This document shows, one piece after another, positions 15,362 to 22,859 of a stretch of 22,859 nt of DNA; within the stretch, counting starts at the first letter, position 1, and every line of letters starts with the position of its first letter. Below the pieces are notes generated by a model, which saw only the letters and a list, made by a program, of their open reading frames with translations, was not told the DNA's origin and made no database searches. Source of the stretch: Pseudobdellovibrionaceae bacterium (GTDB lineage: Bacteria; Bdellovibrionota; Bdellovibrionia; Bdellovibrionales; Bdellovibrionaceae); the NCBI GenBank assembly GCA_044359815.1, contig JBIKLL010000040.1:1-22859 (forward strand). Reading direction: 5' to 3'. The translations under genes and the position numbers were made by a program.

Positions 15362-17449
15362 ATGGGTTTATTAAAGCTTGTCGTTAATATCTTGAGTTTG
15401 TTCGCAATGGTTTCAGAGCCTGTTATGGCAGCTCAAGCAAAAGCCAATTACAATAAAAGTTTCAACGAATTTTTAAAACTCACTGAAGTGCACAAACGTC
15501 AGGTGACACTGCGAGAATTTTATCAAAAGACTGAAAAGTATTTACCCACTGAAATCAGAAAACAAGTTTTAGCTTTAGTGAACGAACAGGGCGATCAATT
15601 GATGCCAAAGATTCAGATTTCCAAAGTTAATTACAGGGGTAAACAAACACCTGCCATTAGTTTTGTCGAAGGCAAAACCAGCGGTGTAGTGACTTTGTTG
15701 GACGGTTATCACACTGGACAAAATAATGAAGTTTTTAAATTTGGTGTAAACATTTATAACGTAAATGAATTTGACAGTTTACCGTCTCTTGCCAGGGATT
15801 TACAAAACAATGCTAACACTTCACTTAAAAAAGAGCGCATGCCAAGCTCTGTGAATGAAGTCTTCCCCGATATTTCAAAAGTATGGGAAAAGATGAGCCA
15901 GAAACAAAGAATTGAATTTATCAAATCAACAATTCAAATATTAGAGGCCTCAGAGCAATTACAAAATGAAGTCCTAAAAAGCCAAAACAGTAAAATACCT
16001 GCCAAAAAGACATCTTCAATTTATCTGAAGGCAGCTATCAAAGAATTGTGGGCCGCGGGAGCTCAAAGCCAATTAAAGCAAATCAGATCAGGGTACTCTT
16101 GCATAGCACCCGGTGGTTGGCCTGGAAAATGGGTTTCCACAAAACCAAATTCAGAATGGAAAAGTTACACTGAAGATCTGGATGAAAGCACCTTAAAATG
16201 CCAACAGCAATGGGGTAATTGGCCTGCGGGAAAAAGGGTCTGCGCAGAGAATAACATACCTTGCAATCCATATATATTTGGCGTTCAAAACGGAATCAGC
16301 ATTTGTGTTGGTGGCAGCAGTTATACAAATGATACAGTCAAAAAATGTTCTGAGGTCTATAAGCCAGAAAATCTAGCTTCGAATGCGAGAGGTAAAAATT
16401 TTTACGCATTTATTGAAAGCCTATCAGAAGCGACTAAAGAAAATTCAAGTATCTGTGCAAAATATAACTCATCAAATGCTAAATATATTGAAACTAGAGC
16501 AAATAATTTTAACAAAGATCCTCAGTTTGAAATATGCAGCACACTTCAAAAGCGGATGGACGGAATGAAATCTGAGTTTTGCAAGTTTGACAACGCGAAG
16601 GCCAGTAGTGCGTTCTGTCAACAACCTGCAATTGCACCAGCTTCTGCAGCGGCAACACCCGTTGAAGATGGATCTATAACTACACCAAATACCACTCAAC
16701 CGAGTGCTAACCCCGGGGTTACAGAAAAATCTCCTACTACAAAATACAGGGATACTTCCCCTGAAGTAAGTAATGACACTAGCAAAGCAACTGACGACAG
16801 TAGCCAATTCGGAGAAATTTCAGCAGCTGCAGAATCTCAGGATGGCAGCACTGATGCACCACCACGCGATACGGCTCCACAACCAGAAGCCTGTGATTTG
16901 CCACCCAATGATGCCTCTTGCGAAGCTTGGGAAAAAGACTGCCTTAAGCGCAACGGCTATATGGTCGGATATTTTGAAAATGATAACCGTGGATATAATA
17001 ATAAATCCAGAAAATCCATTGGCGATATTTGCAAAGCCAGTGGATGGTTAGACAGCTATCCAAAAGCAGAAGCCTTGCCACAAACCAGATGCAATCCGAT
17101 TAATAGCAAACGCGACACCAGGGCGATTCAACAGTGTCGATGTGAATCAGACAGCTATAATCTGATATTCGACAGCAGATCTGAACGTTATTCTTGCGTT
17201 AAAAATTCAAGCGAATCCAGCTCTAGGGACTATGGATCCAGACGTGAAAAATCTTGGTTTGCTGAAAACAAAAGCTGGTTGTTCCCGATGTTTGCAATAT
17301 TGCTTGCAGGCTTAGTTGGGTATCTGGCGTTTAGCAGTCAGAAAAAACAAATCCAAAAAGCCGCTGATCCGTTTTTTGTTGCTAATCCTCCAACCAGCGG
17401 ATTAATCCCACTGCCACCGCCCAGAACCGGCACCGGCATCAGAAACTAA
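15362..17449 (+). CDS. Large secreted Cys-rich protein with a Pro/Thr/Ser-rich linker and C-terminal membrane anchor
   Basis: Signal peptide. Two Cys clusters (10 and 8 Cys) separated by a low-complexity linker. TM WLFPMFAILLAGLVGYLAF followed by basic residues and a Pro-rich tail. Confidence 0.8.
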   Translation: MGLLKLVVNILSLFAMVSEPVMAAQAKANYNKSFNEFLKLTEVHKRQVTLREFYQKTEKYLPTEIRKQVLALVNEQGDQLMPKIQISKVNYRGKQTPAISFVEGKTSGVVTLLDGYHTGQNNEVFKFGVNIYNVNEFDSLPSLARDLQNNANTSLKKERMPSSVNEVFPDISKVWEKMSQKQRIEFIKSTIQILEASEQLQNEVLKSQNSKIPAKKTSSIYLKAAIKELWAAGAQSQLKQIRSGYSCIAPGGWPGKWVSTKPNSEWKSYTEDLDESTLKCQQQWGNWPAGKRVCAENNIPCNPYIFGVQNGISICVGGSSYTNDTVKKCSEVYKPENLASNARGKNFYAFIESLSEATKENSSICAKYNSSNAKYIETRANNFNKDPQFEICSTLQKRMDGMKSEFCKFDNAKASSAFCQQPAIAPASAAATPVEDGSITTPNTTQPSANPGVTEKSPTTKYRDTSPEVSNDTSKATDDSSQFGEISAAAESQDGSTDAPPRDTAPQPEACDLPPNDASCEAWEKDCLKRNGYMVGYFENDNRGYNNKSRKSIGDICKASGWLDSYPKAEALPQTRCNPINSKRDTRAIQQCRCESDSYNLIFDSRSERYSCVKNSSESSSRDYGSRREKSWFAENKSWLFPMFAILLAGLVGYLAFSSQKKQIQKAADPFFVANPPTSGLIPLPPPRTGTGIRN

Positions 17450-17539
17450 TCAATATTTAACCGGACCAACATCTGGATGTGTCTGCTTTTTAGGGGACAG
17501 GGCTTAACCATTTTTTGGTTTTTGCTTAGACTAAACACT

Positions 17540-18220
17540 ATGGAAAAAACAAAATTCAACGATAAAACTACAGATAAATTAAAATTTCAGTTAATCAACA
17601 ACCCTGATTTTGAAAAAACAATTTCAAACACTGACACGATTCATGGCGAATTATTCGAAATCGAAAAACAAATCATCGAACAAAAAATTCCTATTGATAT
17701 TGGTGTTGCCAATGATGAACACCTAAAACAACGCGAAAACGTCAGCTTTGTTGAATTCAGACGGGGATCCAGTTCACGAAAACCTGGTTACATTCTGGCT
17801 GCTTGGTCGTTTTTTAGCGCTTTATGTGACACTTTAATTAATTTCGGTATGGCTTGTTTATTTATGGTGGCCTCAAGCTTAGTCATGCAAAGTCAATCTG
17901 ATCAGGTCTTTGAGTTTTTTCAAGATTCATTCCCCATCATTTTTATTTTGTTGTTCATGGCATTTCAAAGCCTGTACATGCTGGTGACCCGTGCCTTTAT
18001 CGGCGCAAGCTTGGGTGAATGGGCCAGCGGCATCCGCCTGGGCAGTGTCAAAGACCGGCTGGACAGTTTTTACGTGGCCCGAGTGTTTGGCAGATCTTTA
18101 ATGGTGTTTTGTACAGGAATAATAACTTTACCAGTACTGTCTTTGCTGATTGGCAAAGATGCCGCTGGATTTCTATCGGGGATCTATTTGGTAAAAATAG
18201 ATTATAAAAATCATGTCTAA
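17540..18220 (+). CDS. RDD family membrane protein
   Basis: SALCDTLI helix, [18 protein letters not shown] and RVFGR, the typical RDD pattern. Start ATG 17540 is preferred because TAGACT (-10-like) lies 7 nt upstream. The track start is 17477. Confidence 0.75.
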   Translation: MEKTKFNDKTTDKLKFQLINNPDFEKTISNTDTIHGELFEIEKQIIEQKIPIDIGVANDEHLKQRENVSFVEFRRGSSSRKPGYILAAWSFFSALCDTLINFGMACLFMVASSLVMQSQSDQVFEFFQDSFPIIFILLFMAFQSLYMLVTRAFIGASLGEWASGIRLGSVKDRLDSFYVARVFGRSLMVFCTGIITLPVLSLLIGKDAAGFLSGIYLVKIDYKNHV

Positions 18221-18251
18221 ATCTGTTTTTGCATACAAGGAAGTGTTTTCA

Positions 18252-19178
18252 ATGAATTCTAAAAAATTGGTTTTTATAGCGATGATGGTTTTAGCCACGG
18301 CTTGCACAAAATCCGCAGATTCCACACCGGCGGCTGTGGATCCCAATATTTCAAAACTGGCCGACAGGCTTTTTTGGATTTCTGGCGAAAATGTTCCTGA
18401 CAGCACTATCGGAAAGCCCGAAGATTTTTATTTTCACACAGCCACAGCTGATATTTATAAAAAAGACGAAAACGACAATTGGAATTTGCTTTTAAACATC
18501 AAAGGACCTGCAGGCATTGGCCCCCAGGGACCACAGGGATTAATTGGTCCGCAAGGTCCTCAGGGTGAAATGGGTTTAACAGGAGCTACGGGACCTCAAG
18601 GTTTGACTGGTGCTACTGGCTCCTCTGGCCCGATGGGACCGCAGGGATTAATTGGACCCCAAGGCACACAAGGCCCGCAAGGATTAACGGGTCCGCAGGG
18701 GATTCAGGGCGTGGCGGGCAGTGACGGTGCCGATGGCTTAAATGCTAATTCGGTTGTGATGATTCATCAACAAACTCAAACAGCTGCCAGATACACTGCC
18801 AGTAAAAATTTAAATCTGTCAGTTCCTTTGACTGTGGATGCATTGATTGGCAGCGGCGCTCAAGGCGTTACCATCATGATTTATTCCACCGGGATTACCT
18901 GCAGCTACAGGGGAACAGCGTCGATTTCAAATCCCAGCACTGGCAGCCGGGACTACGAAATCGGAAAAGCTTATAAATTGCAAAAATGCGTTTCAAACGC
19001 AGGACTGGTTGATGATGATTTTAGAAATCAAACCGCAGCATTTACTGGCAGGCCGGCCATCGATGTCAGCGCGGGTATGGCTTTAACTGCTGGGCAATTT
19101 GTTGAATTAAAAATCCTGTCTGGCGGAGCCAGGGTTAATCCGATCAGAGCTCAATCGCATTCTGTCGTTTTGAATTAG
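18252..19178 (+). CDS. Collagen-like lipoprotein
   Basis: AAGGAAG RBS, then [18 protein letters not shown] lipobox, a WISG..P...G...DFYF.T.T..IYKK...W...NIKG module, 25 Gly-X-Y triplets and a C-terminal globular domain. Confidence 0.85.
   Translation: MNSKKLVFIAMMVLATACTKSADSTPAAVDPNISKLADRLFWISGENVPDSTIGKPEDFYFHTATADIYKKDENDNWNLLLNIKGPAGIGPQGPQGLIGPQGPQGEMGLTGATGPQGLTGATGSSGPMGPQGLIGPQGTQGPQGLTGPQGIQGVAGSDGADGLNANSVVMIHQQTQTAARYTASKNLNLSVPLTVDALIGSGAQGVTIMIYSTGITCSYRGTASISNPSTGSRDYEIGKAYKLQKCVSNAGLVDDDFRNQTAAFTGRPAIDVSAGMALTAGQFVELKILSGGARVNPIRAQSHSVVLN
18519..18743 (+). repeat. Collagen triple-helix coding repeat, (Gly-X-Y)25
   Basis: Uninterrupted GPQ GPQ GLI ... GAD GLN with diverged synonymous codons. 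Confidence 0.9.
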
Positions 19179-19241
19179 TTTTTTTTGCCTCTGTAATTTA
19201 AAAATATGCTGATTTAAATCTTCCATAATTCCTTAAAATCC

Positions 19242-19257
19242 ACTCCGGCGCCGGAGT
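19242..19257. other. Perfect 16-bp GC-rich intergenic palindrome (hairpin or operator)
   Basis: ACTCCGGCGCCGGAGT in an otherwise AT-rich spacer. Confidence 0.5.
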
Positions 19258-19342
19258 AAGTGCCATTTTATTAGAGATAAAAATCACCAAAAACCACAGC
19301 CGCTTTTTTGTTTTAAAATCATCAGGACCTTGGCTGAGCGAT

Positions 19343-19371
19343 TTGCTAAAATTCCAAAAAGCCAGTACCAT
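19343..19371 (+). promoter_or_regulatory. Candidate sigma70 promoter giving a leaderless mRNA
   Basis: TTGCTA-17 bp-TACCAT, ending 6 nt before ATG 19378. No SD. Confidence 0.45.
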
Positions 19372-19377
19372 TAAATA

Positions 19378-20091
19378 ATGAACAAACTCATCATACGCAT
19401 TCGGTACATAATATTACTTATCGGAATTATTCCGTTTCAATCTTTTGCCCAGTTTGAAACCTCACGTTGTGTGGATTTTTTGGCCCGAATCGCCCAGATT
19501 GATTATCGCAGGCAGAATTTCACAGATATGTGCTACCTCAGCACTAATCCCAATACTTATTCTACGATGAAATACCGCAGTTTTTCCTTTACCCAAGATG
19601 GCTCGATGATTGTTTTTAATTCTTTTGGCCAGGGACCATCTGAAACCATGACTGGGGCCAGACACTATTTCTTTTTCCCCAGAAACCAATACCCCAGCAT
19701 TAAACAAAACAAAGACACCGTCAGTCTGTTTACTGGAGCTAAGGGTGCAGAATTCACCTTTGATCAAAAAAAGAGCCGAATTATCGAGTTAAAAGGGGGG
19801 ATTTTTACTGAGGATCCTGAAATTGGCCCCCATAATAATGGGGGATTTGATATTACAAAAACCCCGACCTTGATGCTGGATTGCGGATATCAGACGGGAC
19901 GGGATCCTTGTGCCGATCCTAAACGCAAATCTGTTTTTAAAGATACAGATTCAGCCACTTGCGAAGTTATTAATAAGGAAGTTTTTAATTATTCCGCTTC
20001 CGGAAATCCCACGCTTAAACACAGTAACGAAGAGCTGACAAAATTTTTGGCTTCTCGTTGCCCCGGTTTAAACCAAAAATCGATTTTGTAG
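19378..20091 (+). CDS. Secreted hypothetical protein with multiple Cys
   Basis: Signal peptide (…SFA-Q), 237 aa, six Cys. Confidence 0.78.
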   Translation: MNKLIIRIRYIILLIGIIPFQSFAQFETSRCVDFLARIAQIDYRRQNFTDMCYLSTNPNTYSTMKYRSFSFTQDGSMIVFNSFGQGPSETMTGARHYFFFPRNQYPSIKQNKDTVSLFTGAKGAEFTFDQKKSRIIELKGGIFTEDPEIGPHNNGGFDITKTPTLMLDCGYQTGRDPCADPKRKSVFKDTDSATCEVINKEVFNYSASGNPTLKHSNEELTKFLASRCPGLNQKSIL

Positions 20092-20174
20092 TTGTTAGCT
20101 CGCGTAGAATAAATTTGAATCCGCAATCACAGGTAGTAAACTTTATTATTTAAATTTAACTCACAGGTATGGGA

Positions 20175-20549
20175 TTAATCAAAAGTCCATTCCCTAAAGC
20201 CCTTTTTCTTGGCGTCAGCCAGGGATGCTTTTTCGATTTCATACACATTGGCCCTGCCCGTATCGCTGCCACACACTTGAGTCCGCATCAGGTTGTCTGT
20301 GATATTCATCTGCGAATAAGTTTTGATTTCACCTAGTTGCTTTTTCATCTCATCCGGTGAAACAACCTTGCCTTGGCCGCATTGTTTGGAACCATCGTAT
20401 TTATAGACTCTAATTCTTTCAGCAGCGGTCGAGGTTGTAGGCATTTCTTTGCCGGAACCAGTACCTACCGAGTCCAGTTTTTGTGATCTGCAGTTGCCCT
20501 GAGCGCATCCAACCAATAACATAAACGTTAAGTAGATTTTGTAATTCAC
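20175..20549 (-). CDS. Small hypothetical lipoprotein
   Basis: GTG start with AAGGGAG RBS, lipobox LLVGC, and VYKYDGSKQC...QVCG motif. Confidence 0.78.
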   Translation of the reverse strand: MNYKIYLTFMLLVGCAQGNCRSQKLDSVGTGSGKEMPTTSTAAERIRVYKYDGSKQCGQGKVVSPDEMKKQLGEIKTYSQMNITDNLMRTQVCGSDTGRANVYEIEKASLADAKKKGFREWTFD

Positions 20550-20668
20550 AAATCAAACTCCCTTTTTAAATTTAAAACTGTTCAATCCTTTAAAACTCTC
20601 AATCAAATTTTTAAAAACATATTTCAAAAAAGTCTAAATTTGAAATTCAAAAATACTTAGTAACAAAA

Positions 20669-21820
20669 CTATCGGTATCCCCATTTAGCCTGGATCTTGT
20701 ACAAATTAGCTTCGTTAGAAATAAAATAAACTTCATTCTTAGCTTCATCAACAGTGGGTTTTGAAAACACTCCCCGCCCCGGGTAAAAATCAGAAATCCT
20801 TTTCCCGCTGCCTGAATCTGCAAACACCAAGGCCCCAGAGGATTCACCAAACACCACCATGCCTTTAAACAATGACGGACTGGTCGCAATGCCATCTGAC
20901 AGTTTGTAAACCCAGAGCTGTTTTCCTGTGTCTTTTTCCAGAGCAATCACTTCTTCAAAAGTACTGGCAAAAACCAATCGGTTCCCAGTGATTAAAACCG
21001 AACCGTACCCGCCCCGTTCAAATTTCCAAACAATTTCACCAGTGGCTGCCCGCAGACAGTAAACAGAGTCATCAAATCCCAGCAGATACAAAAACTCACC
21101 ATCCACCACTGGATTAGAATCAATATCCTTAAATCGTTTATTGCGATTCAGGGCTCTTTCCCATTTCACGGCTCCATTGGCAGGATTCAGGCTAACGATC
21201 GCCCCATCGCTAAAGCCCGCATATAAATTATTGCCCTTAATTAATGGCTTCGATCCGCCACGGATTGATAAATTAGAGGGATCAATGCGCGAATAAACCC
21301 ATTTTTGTTTTCCGGTTTCTGCATCCAGTGCATACAGGGTGTTGTTGCCAGTCAAAACATAAACCACACCATCAGCAACCAGTGGTTCGCTCAGGGTCTC
21401 AACCCTGACTGGATAGGTCCATAGCACGTTTCCTGTTTCAGCATCGACGCTGTAAACCTGTCCATCATTGGCACCAAAATATATTTTGTTTTTATCAACA
21501 GCTATAGGCGCTTCCACTCCATTTTGAATGTCCAGTCTCCAAACCAGTCTGGAATTACTGCGCTTTAGGGCGACCAATCCATCAACCGAATTTGCTTGAA
21601 TGACTAAATCATTAAACAATACAGGACTCATGCGATTGATTTTTCTGTATTTGGTCTGCACATCTTTGGTGGTTTGATAAACCCACAGGTTGCCTACCTG
21701 AAAAGACTTGCGAGCATTTTTTAAATCAGACAGGGTGCTGCAACCAGATAACAATCCAGTCAATCCAACTGTTGCCAAAACAAACTGCAAAACTAATTTT
21801 ATATTAATTTGTTTTAACAT
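20669..21820 (-). CDS. bamB: Outer-membrane protein assembly factor BamB-like PQQ beta-propeller lipoprotein
   Basis: Lipobox LLSGC, repeated A(L)DAETGxxxW PQQ-like blades, DIDSNPVV. Lies directly downstream of a YfgM-like gene, the known yfgM-bamB synteny. Alternative start 21826. Confidence 0.8.
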   Translation of the reverse strand: MLKQINIKLVLQFVLATVGLTGLLSGCSTLSDLKNARKSFQVGNLWVYQTTKDVQTKYRKINRMSPVLFNDLVIQANSVDGLVALKRSNSRLVWRLDIQNGVEAPIAVDKNKIYFGANDGQVYSVDAETGNVLWTYPVRVETLSEPLVADGVVYVLTGNNTLYALDAETGKQKWVYSRIDPSNLSIRGGSKPLIKGNNLYAGFSDGAIVSLNPANGAVKWERALNRNKRFKDIDSNPVVDGEFLYLLGFDDSVYCLRAATGEIVWKFERGGYGSVLITGNRLVFASTFEEVIALEKDTGKQLWVYKLSDGIATSPSLFKGMVVFGESSGALVFADSGSGKRISDFYPGRGVFSKPTVDEAKNEVYFISNEANLYKIQAKWGYR

Positions 21821-22589
21821 TAGCATCCTGTAGCAACATTAAATATTTTTCTGCCGTTTTTGCAGCCACTGATCCTGGATTTTTTTGTTTGATTTCATTC
21901 AGTGTGGCCCTGGCATTGTTCAAATCATTGATGGCCTCATAACATAGAGCCGTTTTTAATTTTACAGAACTGCTCAGATAATCCAAAGACTTTGCTTTTG
22001 AAATTTCATTCCACAACCCAATGGCTGCAGAACAATCATTTTTATCAGCATGCAGGGTCGCCAATTGATCCTTAACCAGACCCGATACTAAATTAGTGCT
22101 GGAGTCATTGACTGTTTTTAAAACTTCCATGGCCTCGTCAGTTTTTTGATATTTTTTTAATACTTCTGTCAGATTCAGGGCAGCCATTTTGGCTGAAACG
22201 CTTTTGGGGTTTTTCTGAACAAAACTTTTCAGATTAGTCACCACATCACCGTAATCTTGAGTCAAATCACCTGAGGCTTTAACAGCCTTTGTCGATTTGT
22301 CTTCAGGATTTTTAGGATCTTTGGTCGGGGGATTTTTGGCATCATTTTCAGCCTGTTCAAATTTGCCCTTTTTATCCAGATATTGTTTTTCGATTTTAAA
22401 ATATTCAGACTGTAATTTTATTTCTGTCTGTTTTTTGTTGTAATCATAAACTGCCCAACCGCCACCGGCCAATAACAAGACAGCCGTAATGCCCAATACC
22501 AGTTTTGAATGGTTTGCTGACCATTGAAAGGCCGTCTGTAATTCTTTTTGAACAATGTCTGGAGTTTTTGCGTCTGATTTTTTGCTCAC
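21804..22589 (-). CDS. YfgM-like membrane-anchored TPR protein
   Basis: GTG start. W..NH.K.V followed by a TM helix (LLLAGGGWAVY), then TPR-like helices. Adjacent to bamB. Confidence 0.75.
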   Translation of the reverse strand: MSKKSDAKTPDIVQKELQTAFQWSANHSKLVLGITAVLLLAGGGWAVYDYNKKQTEIKLQSEYFKIEKQYLDKKGKFEQAENDAKNPPTKDPKNPEDKSTKAVKASGDLTQDYGDVVTNLKSFVQKNPKSVSAKMAALNLTEVLKKYQKTDEAMEVLKTVNDSSTNLVSGLVKDQLATLHADKNDCSAAIGLWNEISKAKSLDYLSSSVKLKTALCYEAINDLNNARATLNEIKQKNPGSVAAKTAEKYLMLLQDANVKTN

Positions 22590-22594
22590 CTTAA

Positions 22595-22858
22595 TTACCT
22601 CGTCGTGATTTCTTTAAGTGTTGTGAAATTTCTAGAACTCTTTCCTTGATGTCTTTGTTTTAATTTTCCTATGGATTTGATTCGTTCTTCAGCCATGCGA
22701 TCAGCTGCCGTGTGGTTTCCGATATTATCACGCTTAGCGATTTCAAAAACCTTCAGGCAGTTATCATAAACTTTTCTGGTTTTATCAAAAGCCCTATCGT
22801 GCGAATAACCTTCCAGCTCAACAAACACATTCATCAACCCGCCGGCGTTCACCACAAA
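22595..22858 (-). CDS. Glu/Leu/Phe/Val dehydrogenase (leucine dehydrogenase-like), C-terminal part; gene runs off the window
   Basis: FVVNAGGLMNV...ELEGY...IAKRDNI....AADRMAEERI is the typical Leu dehydrogenase C-terminus. Confidence 0.85.
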   Translation of the reverse strand, partial: FVVNAGGLMNVFVELEGYSHDRAFDKTRKVYDNCLKVFEIAKRDNIGNHTAADRMAEERIKSIGKLKQRHQGKSSRNFTTLKEITTR

Positions 22859-22859
22859 A

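Noticed and set aside
20127..20169. Direct repeat TCACAGGTA at 20127 and 20161 between convergent genes
   Set aside because: Only two short copies in a 3'-3' spacer. Likely a small local duplication with no supportable function.
2674..20260. KOPS-like GGGCAGGG octamers converging on the dif-like site
   Set aside because: Only four were seen, and the one at 14441 (+, right of the site) has the wrong polarity. This does not show that the window is the replication terminus.
695..20946. Short alternative-frame or antisense ORFs in the track (e.g. 695..979, 5134..5373, 7380..7655, 14360..14668, 15163..15363, 16472..16807, 19462..19767, 20647..20946)
   Set aside because: They overlap better-supported genes or the repeat region and show no recognisable motifs.

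Overview
Chromosomal-looking bacterial segment, most likely from a Bdellovibrionota (Bdellovibrio-like) genome. This is inferred from gene content and from the style of the secreted proteins, such as the FNNC lipoprotein motif and many Cys-rich secreted hypotheticals. Housekeeping genes: FlgT/CsgG-like lipoprotein, lipB, tRNA-Val(GAC), nnr, mscS, an RDD protein, bamB, a YfgM-like TPR protein and a partial Leu/Glu dehydrogenase. They are interspersed with secreted or surface hypothetical proteins. Two things stand out. (1) A compact tyrosine-recombinase module at 5484-7706: an intact Xer-like recombinase, a 28-bp dif-like 11-6-11 site in its upstream region, and a divergent excisionase/BldC-type HTH protein with a ~150-aa, ~45% Lys/Arg tail and an AT-hook-like RGRP motif. 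Next to it are two back-to-back gene fragments that lack their 5' ends. (2) A structured intergenic repeat I cannot assign to a family, with core TGCAGCGAGCG...GCGGCCGTTAGCGA. It occurs at ~9.8 kb (+) and ~15.0 kb (-), the latter nested in a partial + copy. Its stems show compensatory changes and strand-polar G-U/G-T pairing. Each copy sits inside locus-specific long inverted repeats that include an inverted copy of the end of a neighbouring gene.
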